Of a stretch of 64,000 nt of DNA, positions 35,682 to 47,690 are shown one piece after another; positions within the stretch are counted from its first letter, which is position 1; each line of letters begins with the position of its first letter. The DNA lies in NCBI GenBank assembly GCA_964203405.1, contig CAXNLL010000001.1:317814-381813 (forward strand), read 5' to 3'. Position numbers and translations under genes: made by a program. Origin of the DNA: Chitinophagales bacterium. GTDB taxonomy: Bacteria; Bacteroidota; Bacteroidia; Chitinophagales; Chitinophagaceae. The notes below the pieces were generated by a model. The model searched no databases. It had not been told where the DNA came from and saw only the letters and a program-made list of their open reading frames with translations.

Positions 35682-36623
35682 ATGAATATTGGCATCGATA
35701 TGATGGGAGGCGATTACGCCCCACTAGAAGCCGTTAAAGGTGTTCAGCAATATTTATCAAATTCGGATAATAATTTATTTTGTATAGGTGAAGAAACCCA
35801 ACTGAAAGAACTTTTTCAGACACACGGGATTTCCTCACCTTTTTTACATATAGTACCTGCCACTGAAGTGATAGGTTACCACGAACATCCTACTAAAGCT
35901 TTAAAAGGAAAACCGAACTCCTCTATTGCCATTGGATTTAAACTTTTGGTCACAGGCGAAATAGATGCCTTCCTTAGTGCAGGCAATACAGGTGCTATGT
36001 TAGTAGGTGCTATGTTTAGTATTAAAACTATCAAAGGGGTATTAAGACCCACCATCGCCACCCTGCTTCCTAAACTAAATGGTAAAACAGGTTTATTAGT
36101 AGATGTTGGATTAAATGCAGATTGCAAGCCAGAACAATTAAATCAGTTTGGTATTTTAGGTAACTTATACGCCAAGCATATTTTAAATATTGATAACCCT
36201 ACAGTGGGTTTATTAAATGTAGGTGAAGAAGAAGGCAAAGGAAATATTTTAGCACAAGCCACTTACCCATTACTAAAAGAAAATACTGCGATTAAATTTA
36301 TTGGCAATATTGAAGGCAGAGATGTTTTCAATGATAAAGCCGACGTAATTGTTTGTGATGGCTTTACAGGAAATATTATTCTTAAAATGGCTGAAGCCAT
36401 GTATGATGCAGCAGCACATCAAAAATTAGAAAACGATTCTTTCTTTGGCAGATTCCATTTTGAAAATTATGGCGGCACTCCTGTATTAGGTGTGAACAAA
36501 CCCGTTATAATTGGCCATGGCATTAGCAATGCCAAAGCATTCTACAACATGATTTTACTAGCTGAAAAAATGATCCAAACACGCTTCTGCGAAATTATTA
36601 CTAGTAATTTTGAGAATGTATAG
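35682..36623 (+). CDS. plsX: phosphate acyltransferase PlsX
   Basis: IDMMGGDYAP, SAGNTGA, LLNVGEEEGKG, VCDGFTGN. Confidence 0.95.
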   Translation: MNIGIDMMGGDYAPLEAVKGVQQYLSNSDNNLFCIGEETQLKELFQTHGISSPFLHIVPATEVIGYHEHPTKALKGKPNSSIAIGFKLLVTGEIDAFLSAGNTGAMLVGAMFSIKTIKGVLRPTIATLLPKLNGKTGLLVDVGLNADCKPEQLNQFGILGNLYAKHILNIDNPTVGLLNVGEEEGKGNILAQATYPLLKENTAIKFIGNIEGRDVFNDKADVIVCDGFTGNIILKMAEAMYDAAAHQKLENDSFFGRFHFENYGGTPVLGVNKPVIIGHGISNAKAFYNMILLAEKMIQTRFCEIITSNFENV

Positions 36624-36762
36624 CGCCCCTCTATTAGTCTACTAATCTTATTTTAATTTTCTACTTATCATCCCCTGTTTTCGTTAAAAACTTCTGCATT
36701 TCTTTATTCTTTCTTTCTTATTAATTAGTTTATTTTTACTTTATCACTAAAGTGAAAAATAC

Positions 36763-37738
36763 ATGTGGTTAAATAATATTTTAGAAACTATTGGCAATAC
36801 TCCACTCATTCGTTTAAATAAAATAACGAACGAGATTCCTGCTACTGTACTTGCTAAAGTGGATTATTTTAACCCAGGCAATTCTATTAAAGATAGAATG
36901 GCATTGAAAATGGTAGAAGTGGCGGAAGCGGAAGGAAAACTAAAACCAGGTGGCACTATTATTGAATGTACCAGTGGTAATACTGGAATGGGACTTGCAT
37001 TAGTAGCCATTGTGAAAGGATATAAATGCATATTCACCACCACCGATAAGCAGAGTAAAGAAAAGATGGACATCTTAAGAGCGGTAGGTGCTGAAGTAAT
37101 TGTTTGTCCAACCAATGTTGCACCAGAGGATCCAAAAAGTTATTATTCTGTAGCTAGAAAGTTAGCTGCTGAAACACCGAATTCTTTTTTCTTTAATCAA
37201 TATGATAATTTAGCGAATCGTCAGGCACACTATGAAAGCACGGGGCCAGAAATTTGGGAGCAAACTGAAGGAAAAATTACACATTTAGTATGTACTGTTG
37301 GCACAGGCGGTACTATCACAGGAACAGCCAAATATTTAAAAGAAAAAAATCCGAATATTCAAATATGGGCCATCGATCCTATTGGCTCCTTACTTACACA
37401 TTATTTTCAAACAGGTATTGAAGACCATACTTATGTTCAACCTTATATTGCAGAAGGTTTTGGGGAAGACTTTATACCTGCCAATTATGATATGTCTCGT
37501 TATAAATCATTTTGAACAAGTAGCCGATAAAGAAGGGGCTTTAATGACTAGGCGTTTGGCTAAAGAAGAAGGTTTATTCTGCGGTTACAGTGCGGGCTCT
37601 TGCATTTTGGGATTACTTCAATTAAAAGATAAATTAAAAAGTTCCGACCTGGTGGTTTGTATTTTACATGACCATGGAAGCAGGTATGTAGGTAAGGTCT
37701 ATAATGACGAATGGATGAAGTCTAAAGGTTTTCTTTAA
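36763..37738 (+). CDS. PLP-dependent cysteine synthase/cystathionine beta-synthase (frameshifted)
   Basis: IGNTPL, NPGNSIKDR, TSGNTG, GTGGT, DHGSRY. Confidence 0.88.
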
Positions 37739-37867
37739 TTTATTGATTTTCAGTTAAAAATCTGTGTATTCTTCCCTTTTTTGTAGATTATTATACCCTA
37801 AATCGGAGGCTTTGGCTAACATGCGTTTGGGCCATAAATTGTATATTTGCCACTCAATAATTAAAAT

Positions 37868-38937
37868 ATGAGCAAGTACAGAGCAGGGGTTTTATTTGGT
37901 AAAGAATTAGAGAGCATTATACAATGATGCAAAAGCCAATCAATTTGCAATACCAGCAGTAAATACGACTGGTACCGACACTATTAATGCAGCTATTGAA
38001 ACAGCTGCCAAAGTGAACTCTCCTATCATTATTCAATTTTCTAACGGAGGTGCTCAATTTATCGCAGGTAAAGGAATGCCTAACGATAATTTACAAGCGA
38101 ATATTCAAGGCGCTATTGCAGGTGCCTTACATGTGCACCAAGTAGCCAAGTTTTACAATGTTCCTGTTATTTTACATACCGACCACGCTTCTAAAAAATG
38201 GTTACCATGGATTAGTGCCTTAATTGATGCGGGCGAACAATATAAAAAAGAAAAAGGCCAACCTTTATTCAGTTCACATATGTTGGATTTATCTGAAGAA
38301 AGTTTAGAAGAGAACATTCAAACTTCAGTAGAATTCTATAAAAGAATGGCACCATCTTGGAATGAGTATTGAAATTGAATTAGGTGTAACGGGTGGAGAA
38401 GAAGATGGTGTTGATAATAGCAGTGTTGATAATGATAAATTATATACACAACCAGCACATGTTGAATACGCTTATACTGAATTAAGTAAAGTGGGTAATT
38501 TATTTACGGTAGCTGCTGCTTTTGGAAATGTACATGGTGTATACAAACCAGGTAATGTTGAATTAAGACCCGATATTTTAAATAATAGCCAAGTGCATAT
38601 TCAGAAAAAATTAAATACTGCGGAAAAGCCAGTGTATTTTGTATTTCATGGCGGATCAGGTTCACCACAAAATCAAATTAGAGAAGCCATTGGATACGGC
38701 GCTATTAAAATGAATTTAGACACCGATTTACAATGGGCTTTCTGGGAAGGCGTTTTAGAATATTATAAAAAGAATGAGGCTTTCTTACAAGCACAATTAG
38801 GCAACCCTGAGGGAGCCGATAAGCCTAATAAGAAGTATTATGACCCAAGAGTTTGGTTAAGAAAAGGAGAAGAATCCTTTATTCAAAGACTAGAAGTGGC
38901 TTTTGTTGATTTAAACTGCATTAATAGAAACGCTTAA
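37868..38937 (+). CDS. fbaA: class II fructose-bisphosphate aldolase (frameshifted)
   Basis: LHTDH, SSHMLDLSEE, ELGVTGGEEDG, FGNVHGVY, HGGSG, KYYDPRVWLR. Confidence 0.93.
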
Positions 38938-39027
38938 ACAAAATTTTAACACAGCCGCCTATTTATTAAAATGGATGGCTGTTTATTTTTTTATAACTTC
39001 ATATAGGACTAAAACGATTGCTTAACT

Positions 39028-39945
39028 ATGAGAAATAGAGAAGAAGATATTGAAGTAAACTTAACCGGTGAAGAAACGGCTGCTTCTGAGGCTAGTAAAT
39101 CAAGATGGTTTAAAAGAATTAGAAAAGGCATTACCACTTCCACTGCTGAAAAAAAAGAGACGCCAGAAGGTCTTTGGACGAAGTGCCCGTCTTGTAATCA
39201 TATATGTACAAGTTCTGAATTAAAAGAAAGCTTATTCATTTGTTCTAAATGTAATTTTCATCATCGTATTGGAAGTGATGAGTATTTTGATATTTTATTT
39301 GATGAAGCGCAGTGCACAGAACTTTTTGATAATATTAAAAGTAAGGATGCCTTAAACTTTACCGATTTAAAAAACTATCAAAAAAGATTAGATGAAATAC
39401 ATGCAAAAACCGATTTGAAGGATTCTATGCGTGTAGCAGTTGGTAAAATTAATGGAGAAGAAATGGTGGTGGCTTGTATGGACTTTGAATTTATTGGAGG
39501 TTCATTAGGCAGTGTGATGGGAGAAAAATTTAGTAGAGCAGTTGACTATTGTATAGAACATAAACTACCCTATTTGGTTATTAGCAAAAGTGGTGGCGCC
39601 CGTATGATGGAAAGTGCTTTTAGCTTAATGCAATTAGCAAAAACCAGCGGCAAGCTTTCTCAATTAAGTGATGCAAAACTTCCTTTTATATCTATGTTAA
39701 CCGATCCTACTTTTGGAGGTATTTCTGCAAGCTTTGGTATGCTAGGCGATATTAATATTGCAGAGCCTGGCGCCTTAATTGGTTTTGCGGGTCCGCGTGT
39801 GATTAAAGAGACCATTAAAAAAGATTTACCAGCAGGATTTCAACGCAGTGAATTTTTATTAGAACATGGCTTTTTAGACTTTATCATTGATAGAAAAGAC
39901 TTAAAAAATAAATTATCCGAAGTGGCTTACTTATTCAAACATTAA
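39028..39945 (+). CDS. accD: acetyl-CoA carboxylase carboxyltransferase beta subunit
   Basis: PEGLWTKC zinc finger, [28 protein letters not shown]. Confidence 0.95.
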   Translation: MRNREEDIEVNLTGEETAASEASKSRWFKRIRKGITTSTAEKKETPEGLWTKCPSCNHICTSSELKESLFICSKCNFHHRIGSDEYFDILFDEAQCTELFDNIKSKDALNFTDLKNYQKRLDEIHAKTDLKDSMRVAVGKINGEEMVVACMDFEFIGGSLGSVMGEKFSRAVDYCIEHKLPYLVISKSGGARMMESAFSLMQLAKTSGKLSQLSDAKLPFISMLTDPTFGGISASFGMLGDINIAEPGALIGFAGPRVIKETIKKDLPAGFQRSEFLLEHGFLDFIIDRKDLKNKLSEVAYLFKH

Positions 39946-40013
39946 TCCATTTAGGAAGTCAATATTTAATCCTATTTTTGTATCCCGTTACTATGTCAGT
40001 TCCGGGATTTTTT

Positions 40014-40478
40014 ATGGCCAAAGCGAAACCAGTACAAGTAAAAGAGTTGAATAATAGGCAGGCCTATTTCAACTACCACATAGAGGACAAATATGAGGCA
40101 GGCATTGTATTGTTAGGAACCGAGGTAAAATCGATTAGAGAAGGTAAGGTAAGTTTCAACGACTCCTTCTGCATGTTTGATAAAGGTGAATTATGGGTGC
40201 GTGGCTTATTTATTAATGCCTATACCCATGGTAATGTCAATAATCATATTGAAGTGCATGACCGTAAATTATTATTGCAAAAAAGAGAGCTAGAAAAATT
40301 AGAGACCAAGGTGAAAGAAAAGGGCTTCTCTATTATCCCTTTGCGTATATTTTTTAATGATAAACATTATGCCAAAGTAGAAATTGGTGTAGGGAAGGGT
40401 AAAAAAGAATTTGATAAGCGTGAAACCATTAAGTCACGTGATGTAGATAAAGAGATTAAACGACTATTGAAGCGCTAA
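40014..40478 (+). CDS. smpB: SsrA-binding protein
   Basis: EAGIVLLGTEVKSIR, RKLLL, GKGKKEFDKRE. Confidence 0.95.
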   Translation: MAKAKPVQVKELNNRQAYFNYHIEDKYEAGIVLLGTEVKSIREGKVSFNDSFCMFDKGELWVRGLFINAYTHGNVNNHIEVHDRKLLLQKRELEKLETKVKEKGFSIIPLRIFFNDKHYAKVEIGVGKGKKEFDKRETIKSRDVDKEIKRLLKR

Positions 40479-40489
40479 TGATAAAAAAC

Positions 40490-40594
40490 TTATTTAAATA
40501 TTAAGAATTGAAAAAATGCTATATCGAACGAACTTTGTGAGCGTAGCGATCAGAGAGTGAGATATAGGTGTTTTTTCACTTAATATTTAAATAA
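40490..40594. repeat. 105-bp REP/MITE-like palindrome
   Basis: perfect 16-bp terminal inverted repeats TTATTTAAATATTAAG/CTTAATATTTAAATAA, imperfect inner stem, GCGTAGCG apex. Confidence 0.65.
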
Positions 40595-40630
40595 CCAATT
40601 ATTCCATATTTTTTCAAGTTTCATTCAGCG

Positions 40631-41059
40631 TTATTGATATTTTTTCTTCGGAGCATCCTCGCCCTTTAACTGTTCGGCAATGGCAGAGGGATCTGGCTTA
40701 TGGGTGGTGGCATAGGCAATGGCTAATAATGCAGCGAATCCTCCAAAAGACCAAGCTAGTTCAATAGGAATTAACCAATAGCCCCAGAACTTATTCACCA
40801 CCGCTTTTTGAGGGTTGCTTAATTCATAGATTAATTCCAGCCTCTCTCCTATTTTAGAAGCATACTGCGCACTATCTAATTCAAGCTTATATTCTTTACC
40901 ATATTCAGAATAAACAGCCATTATCTTAGTCCTAGGCCCCCTGCCTTCTTTTATAATTATTCCAGGAGCTGTTTCACTGTCGAAATAATCTGGCACCCGA
41001 CTAAAAGGTAGGTATAATAAAAAACAAGTGAGAAATAATATGATAGCAGATTTAATCAT
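40631..41059 (-). CDS. hypothetical two-TM membrane protein
   Basis: 142-aa ORF with N- and C-terminal hydrophobic segments. Confidence 0.6.
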   Translation of the reverse strand: MIKSAIILFLTCFLLYLPFSRVPDYFDSETAPGIIIKEGRGPRTKIMAVYSEYGKEYKLELDSAQYASKIGERLELIYELSNPQKAVVNKFWGYWLIPIELAWSFGGFAALLAIAYATTHKPDPSAIAEQLKGEDAPKKKYQ

Positions 41060-41132
41060 TAAAAACAGTTCTAAATTAAAAGAGCCCCTAGTATTACTAC
41101 CAAGGACTCTTAAAGCGAATTTATAAAATATA

Positions 41133-44100
41133 TTAGTTACTCAAACTTCTAAAGTCAACAGGTACTAGTTTACTTACACCAGGTTCCTGCATAGTCACAC
41201 CATATATCACATCCACAGCACTCATGGTTTGCTTATTGTGTGTTACAATAATGAATTGAGATTTATCGCTAAACTTCTGAATCATTTGTGTAAACTTACC
41301 TACGTTGGCATCATCTAATGGCGCGTCAACCTCATCCAAAATACAGAATGGAGCTGGCTTAATTAAATAAATAGCAAACAACATAGCAGTTGCCGTTAAA
41401 GTTCTTTCTCCTCCACTTAATTGACTAATAGAAGATGGCTTTTTACCCTTAGGACGCGCTACAATTTCCACTGCAGTTTCCGCTAAGTTTTCAGGATCTA
41501 CTAATATTAAGTCACAAGAGTCTTCTTCTGTAAATAAGGCTTTAAATACCTTTTGGAAGTTTTCTCTAGCTTGATTATAAGTTTCTAAGAAGGCTTTATT
41601 GGCAGTCGCTTCTACTTCTTGTATAGTAAGCATTAAACTTTCTTTAGCTGTTACTAAGTCATTCTTTTGTTCCAAGATGAAATCATAACGCTTTTTCATT
41701 TCAGTATAGGCTTCAATAGCTGTTGGATTTACTTCACCCATATTCTCCAAACGCTTTTTCATTCTATCGGCGCTGGCTTGTAATTCTTCTAATGAAATTT
41801 CAGTAGCTCTACCTTCGTCTAAGATTTCCTCTAATTCAACTTTAAACTCTACGTTTAATCTTTCTTTCATGCCAGATAACTGTAATTTTAAATTATTCAG
41901 TTGGTCTTTAATTTCATTGATTAATTGATCAATTAATTCTTTAGACTTAATCTGCATTCTTAAGGCACTCTCTTTTTCTTGTAGGTTGTTTCTTAAATTA
42001 TAATAGGCTTGATCTGCTTCGTTTAATATTGACTCTTCATCCTCCTTGGTTTTTAATAACTTCACTAAGTCTTCTTCCAATTGTGCTAATTCAGCTCGAC
42101 TTTCCACTATAGCTGCACTAGCTTCTGTTAATTGAACGCTATTGGTTTGTATTTGAGCATGTAAATCATTTAATTGATTTTCCTTAAATACAACCTCTTG
42201 TTGTAATGCCTCAATTTTGCTATACTGTTTAGTTAATTGTAAATTCATTTCATTAAACTCGCCAGAAGCTAAATGATAAGCTTGCTCGGCTGCTTGATAG
42301 GCTAATTCAACATCATTTAAATTAGACTGAGTTTGTTGTAAAGATAAATTCAAGGCCTCTAAAGCAATTCTTGTATCTGCAATAGCGGTATGCTCTTCTG
42401 TAATCTTATCTTCAAACTCTTTTAACTTAATAATAGCTGCAGACTGCGCTAATTGCAAGTTTTCTAATCTGTTCTTATTGGCAAATACTTCATTGATTAA
42501 AGTATTCACGGCTTGTTCAGTTGCACGAATTTCATTTTCTTTCAAAAGCTCATTAAACTGTAATACAAAATTATGTTGAGTTTGAATGGTCGCTTTTAAA
42601 TCGTTTACAACTTTTTCTTGCGCTTGTATATCTTCTAATAATTTTTCTAAATTCTTAGCACGTCCAATTTTCTTTCCTTCAAATAAGCCTACGCTACCTC
42701 CCGTTAATGTATACTTTCCTCTCACATACTTACCTGTTTTCTCTAAAATAATACCAGCATAGTCGCCCGATAAAGCCGACTCATTTTCAGCAATAAATAC
42801 ATTGCCTAATAAATGATTCGCCAAGGCACTATACTTGCTATCTATTTCAATAACCGATAAAGCGGCAATGGTATTAGCAGGTGCTGCATTCGCTGAAGCC
42901 CCGTTTAGTTGGTCTAATAAGAAGAAATTGGCCTTGCCCTTTTTATTGTCATCCAATAACTGCACAGCTTGCATACCCTCTTTTAAATCATTGACTACAT
43001 AATAGTTTAAATAAGGCTCTAAGCACATTCTCCACCGCTGCACGGTAGGCTTCTTGTACATATAAGATGTCAGATAAAATAGGCGCTTGATGATTCCAGC
43101 CTGTATTCTTATGTAAGAACTTAACACTCTCCGGATAACCTTCCATTGAATCCACTAAGCTCTTTAATAAATCATATTCGTTCTTCTTCGCATCTAATTT
43201 TCTAGTTTGTTCTGCCAATTCAGATCTTAGTACTTCTAATTGTTCCTGGGTTTCAAAAATACTTGCTCTTGCATTATCATGTTGAATTTGTAATGCTTCT
43301 AAATGCGCTTTCTTTGTTTCTAAATCGGCTTCTTTGGTAGTTAACTGAGAACTGATATCAGAAATTTGCCCTACTCTATGATTTTGCTCTTCTTCTAATT
43401 GCTGATGAGATCTTTGAACATTCTGAATAGAAGTATCGGATACCGCTACTTTCTTTTCCGCATCAAATTGATTTCTTTGTATTTGTTGATAAGACTGACG
43501 TAAATTATCTAAGATAGATCTTTGGCTATCAAATGAATTTCTTTTTTCAGTTAAAGCTGTTTGAGATTGATCAACTCTTGATTTAAAGTCTTGGTATATT
43601 TTTTCTTCCTCTACTACTTGTAGTTTAGTATACTCGATAGAATCGCCAATGGTTTTTAATTGCCCTTCTGCTTTTAATAAAAACTCTTGTAAAGAAGCTT
43701 CTTTATCATTTAGATAATCTAAGCGTTGTGCAGCTAAGTTTTTATCGTTCTCTTTGGTTCTAAGTGTAGATAAACTGTCGTTGAATTGATGTTGTAAAGA
43801 CTGTAAGCCCTTTTCTTTTTCAATAAAGACCACACGCTCAACCTCTAAGGCGGCTTCTTCCAATGCAATAGCGGCTTCTAATTTAAATTTCTTGTCTGTT
43901 TCAGCTTCTTGTTGTTCGTTTAGCTCTTTATAGCTAACATTAAAGCCTTCTAGAGAAGCCTTGGCTAGTTCAATAGCAGTGTCTTTGTAATCTTTTTTGA
44001 TTTCAAAATACTTTTCTGCTTTTTTAGCTTGGTTCTCTAAAGTTTTTAATTGATTATTAATTTCAAATAATAAATCTTCGATACGGGCTAAATCTTGTTC

Positions 44101-44653
44101 AGTCGCATCTAATTTATTTTTCGCTTCTTTCTTTCTTGTTTTGTAAATAGTAATACCCAGCCGCTTGTTCTAACATTCTACGACGACTATTGTCTTTATC
44201 TTTAATGATATCATCGACCATACCTAATTCGATAATGGCATAGCTGTCGGTACTTACTCCGGTATCTAAGAATAAATTATGGATGTCTTTCAAACGACAA
44301 GCCACATCATTTAAGCGGTATTCACTCTCCCCGTTTTTATAAAAACGACGCGTTACTGTTATAGTGCTAAACTCGGTAGGTAATAAGTTTTTAGTATTCT
44401 CAAAAGTAAGGCTCACTTCGGCCATACTACTTGCCGAACGGGTTTTACTTCCGTTAAAAACCAAAGAATCTAAATTCTCACTTCTTAGTGCTGAAATTTT
44501 CTGTTCTCCTATTACCCATCTTATACTATCAATAATATTACTTTTACCACAACCATTTGGTCCGATGATGCCCGTAATTCCATCATCAAAACTTACAATT
44601 GTTTTGTCAGCAAAGCTCTTGAACCCTTTGATTTCTAATGACTTTAGTCTCAC
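41133..44653 (-). CDS. smc: chromosome segregation protein SMC (frameshifted)
   Basis: GFKSF, GPNGCGKSN, coiled coils, hinge GG, LSGGE, LDEVDAPLD. Confidence 0.95.
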
Positions 44654-44747
44654 TTGTTATCTTCTATTTTATGTCTGCGAACATAAGAAAAAGAGCCAAG
44701 AAATCAAGGCCTAAATGGGTGTTTTGTGTACAATTAGTGGAGAAAAA

Positions 44748-45429
44748 TTAAACCTGTGCAGTGAGCCTTCCTCCAAGGGTAGCTAGGGTTCTTGAAGGGA
44801 ACTTATTTACGACCATATAAGTCATGGGTTGCCATTACAATAGCCGTTCCGTCTTCCTTGGCTATTTGGAACAATAATTGCATGATTTCATCACTGGTTT
44901 CAGGGTCTAAACTTCCTGTTGGCTCGTCCGCTAGTATTAATTTAGGGGAATTTAATAAGGCCCTGAGCAATATCCACTCTTTGTTGCTCGCCCCCACTCA
45001 TCTCATAGGTCATTTTAAAGCCTTTATTTTGAAGCCCTACTTTAGCTAGTACATCTTCTATCTTTTGCTCCATCAACCTGTTCATCCTCCCAGCCTGTGG
45101 CCTTTAAGCACAAAACGTAAATTCTCATGTACATTTCGATCGGTTAATAATTGAAAATCCTGAAAAACAACCCCTAAATTCCTTCTTAAAAAGGGAAGTT
45201 TTTTCCAATCCATATCTTTTAAATCATAGCCTACCACCATTACCTTCCCCTTCAGTAATGCTCACTTCTCCATATAAAGTTTTCAATAAACTACTCTTTC
45301 CAGTTCCCGTTTTACCAACCAAATACACAAACTCTCCTTTTTGAACTGTCAAAATTTACATCTTGCAAAATGAGATTCCCACTTTGATAAATATTTACAT
45401 TTTCTAATTTGCACTACTATTTCGCTCAT
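44748..45429 (-). CDS. ftsE: cell division ATP-binding protein FtsE-like (several frameshifts)
   Basis: LVGKTGTGKSSLL, GVVFQDF, RALLNSPKLILADEPTGSLDP, ATHD read across frames. Confidence 0.75.
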
Positions 45430-45454
45430 ATCTTATTTTGTTAGTAGATTAAAA

Positions 45455-46645
45455 TTAATAGCTAAATACTTTCTGTTCCAAAACTTCCTTTTAAAATTAA
45501 TTCCTTCTTTGCAGATGACGCTTCTACCCTATCCAATAATTTGCGCTTCAATATTAAATGCTTTTAGCCAATACCTATTAAATGCAGCTGCCGACGCCTC
45601 GTCCGTAAAAATTTCTAATCGGTGGCCCATATTAAATACCTGGTACATTTCTTTTGCGTTCGCTCCAGAATTTTCTTGAATTAAATTAAATATAGGAGGT
45701 ACTTCTAAAAAATTATCTTTCACAATACGCATAGGTCCAGGCAAATATTTCATACATTTTGTTTGTCCACCTCCACTACAATGTATCATTCCTTTGACTG
45801 CATCGAAATGCTTGGATCCAGTATGGCTTTTACAAGTGGCGCATAAGTTCTGGTAGGGCTTAATAATAATTTACCAATACTAATTGCACCAAAACCAGGT
45901 ATAGCCAATGTATCGGTCATTTTATTTTTTCCAATATAAACTACTTCCTCTTTTAAACTTGGTTCAAAAGTTTCAGGATACTTTTTAGCATAGCTATGTT
46001 CTAAAACATCATGTCTTGCACTGGTTAAGTCCATTACTACCAAGTCCACTATTATAAGACGATTCATAACTTGCTTGTCCATAACTTGAAAATCCAACAA
46101 TTACTTGTCCTGCTGCGATTTTATCGTTAGTAATTAAGTTTTGCCTTGGGCCATCTGGCTGTCATCGTGCCATTGACTGCAATAGTTCTTACAACATCTC
46201 CTACATCGGCAGTTTCGCCTCCTAAAAATTCAATTTGAATACCGAATTTTTTTAGTGTATTAAAAAAGTCTTGAGTCCCATTAATAACTTCACTTAAAAC
46301 ATCGCCAGTAATTACCAATTTATTTCTATCAATGGTGGAAGAGAATAATATTTGATCATAAATACCTACACATAATAAATCGTCTAAATTCATGGCAATG
46401 GCATCTTGAGCAATACCTCTCCATACAGTCGCGTCTCCTGTTTCTTTCCAATAGAGATAGGCTAGTATACTTTTAGTGCCAGCTCCATCGGCATGCATTA
46501 TATTAATATAGTCAGATTGACCCCCTAAATAGTCAGCATATAACTTACAAAAAGCATTGGGATATAAGCCTTGGTCGAGATCCTTAATGGCTGCATGAAC
46601 TTCTTCTTTTTGAGCGGAAACTCCGCGTTGGGCATACAATGACAT
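45455..46645 (-). CDS. purM: Bacteroidota-type AIR synthase (several frameshifts)
   Basis: YAQRGVSAQKEEVH, MHADGAGTKS, GGETADVGD, LLSPTRTYAP, HCSGGGQTK, VFNMGHR. Confidence 0.88.
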
Positions 46646-46713
46646 GAATCTAAATTGGTTTGTGGCACAAAGGTACAATTGTTTTACATTTGTGCCATAT
46701 TTAGACAACGAAG

Positions 46714-47658
46714 ATGACTGTTCACTACGATTTAAAACAATTACCTGCTTTCAAAAATGCCGTTATTACTACGGGCGCCTTTGATGGAGTGCATATAGGC
46801 CATCAAGAGATTATTAGTAGAATGAAGCAAATAGCCCTTGAAATGAAGGGAGAAACAGTCATTGTCACCTTTCATCCCCATCCTAGAAAAGTAATCTCCT
46901 CTATCCCAGGAGAAATCAAACAATTGACCAGCCTAGAAGAAAGAATTGAATTACTAACACAAAGTGGTATTGACCATTTAGTGGTAGTTAATTTTGATTA
47001 CGCTTTTTCTAATTTAACTGCCGAAGCGTATGTTAAAAACTTTTTATTTGACCATTTTCACCCGCATACAATTTTAGTAGGCTATGATCACAGGTTTGGT
47101 AATGGCCGTAATGGAAATTTTGAGCTCCTGCAAAAGTTTGGAAACGAACTTGGCTTTAAAGTAGAACAGATTCATGAAAAAATTATATCAGATGAAATTG
47201 TAAGTTCTACCCAAATTAGAAACTATATACTAGAACATGCTATTGAAAAAGCCAATGCGCTTTTAGGCTATCCTTATTTGTTTGATGGATTTGTGGTAAG
47301 AGGTAATCAAATAGGACGCACCATCGGATTCCCTACTGCGAATTTGCATATCAATAATGAAGAAAAAATAATTCCTTCCAATGGCGTCTATGCTGTTAAA
47401 GTAAAAGGGAGTTGTCTTGGTAATATTATTTATAATGGAATGATGAATATTGGCATTCGACCCACCGTGGATGGACAGAAGAAAGTCATTGAAGTGCATA
47501 TTTTAGATTTTGATCAAGATATATATGAGCAAAATTTAACAGTCATGGTATATGAATATATTAGAGGCGAAGTAAAATTTGATGGACTAGAAGCCTTAAA
47601 AGTACAATTAGCCAAAGACAAGATAACCGCAGCGGCTATTTTAAAGAAGTATAATTAA
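46714..47658 (+). CDS. ribF: bifunctional riboflavin kinase/FAD synthetase
   Basis: GAFDGVHIGH, VSSTQIR, GRTIGFPTAN, NIGIRPT. Confidence 0.95.
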   Translation: MTVHYDLKQLPAFKNAVITTGAFDGVHIGHQEIISRMKQIALEMKGETVIVTFHPHPRKVISSIPGEIKQLTSLEERIELLTQSGIDHLVVVNFDYAFSNLTAEAYVKNFLFDHFHPHTILVGYDHRFGNGRNGNFELLQKFGNELGFKVEQIHEKIISDEIVSSTQIRNYILEHAIEKANALLGYPYLFDGFVVRGNQIGRTIGFPTANLHINNEEKIIPSNGVYAVKVKGSCLGNIIYNGMMNIGIRPTVDGQKKVIEVHILDFDQDIYEQNLTVMVYEYIRGEVKFDGLEALKVQLAKDKITAAAILKKYN

Positions 47659-47690
47659 ATTTATACTTATAATAGTAATGCCTGAAATAC

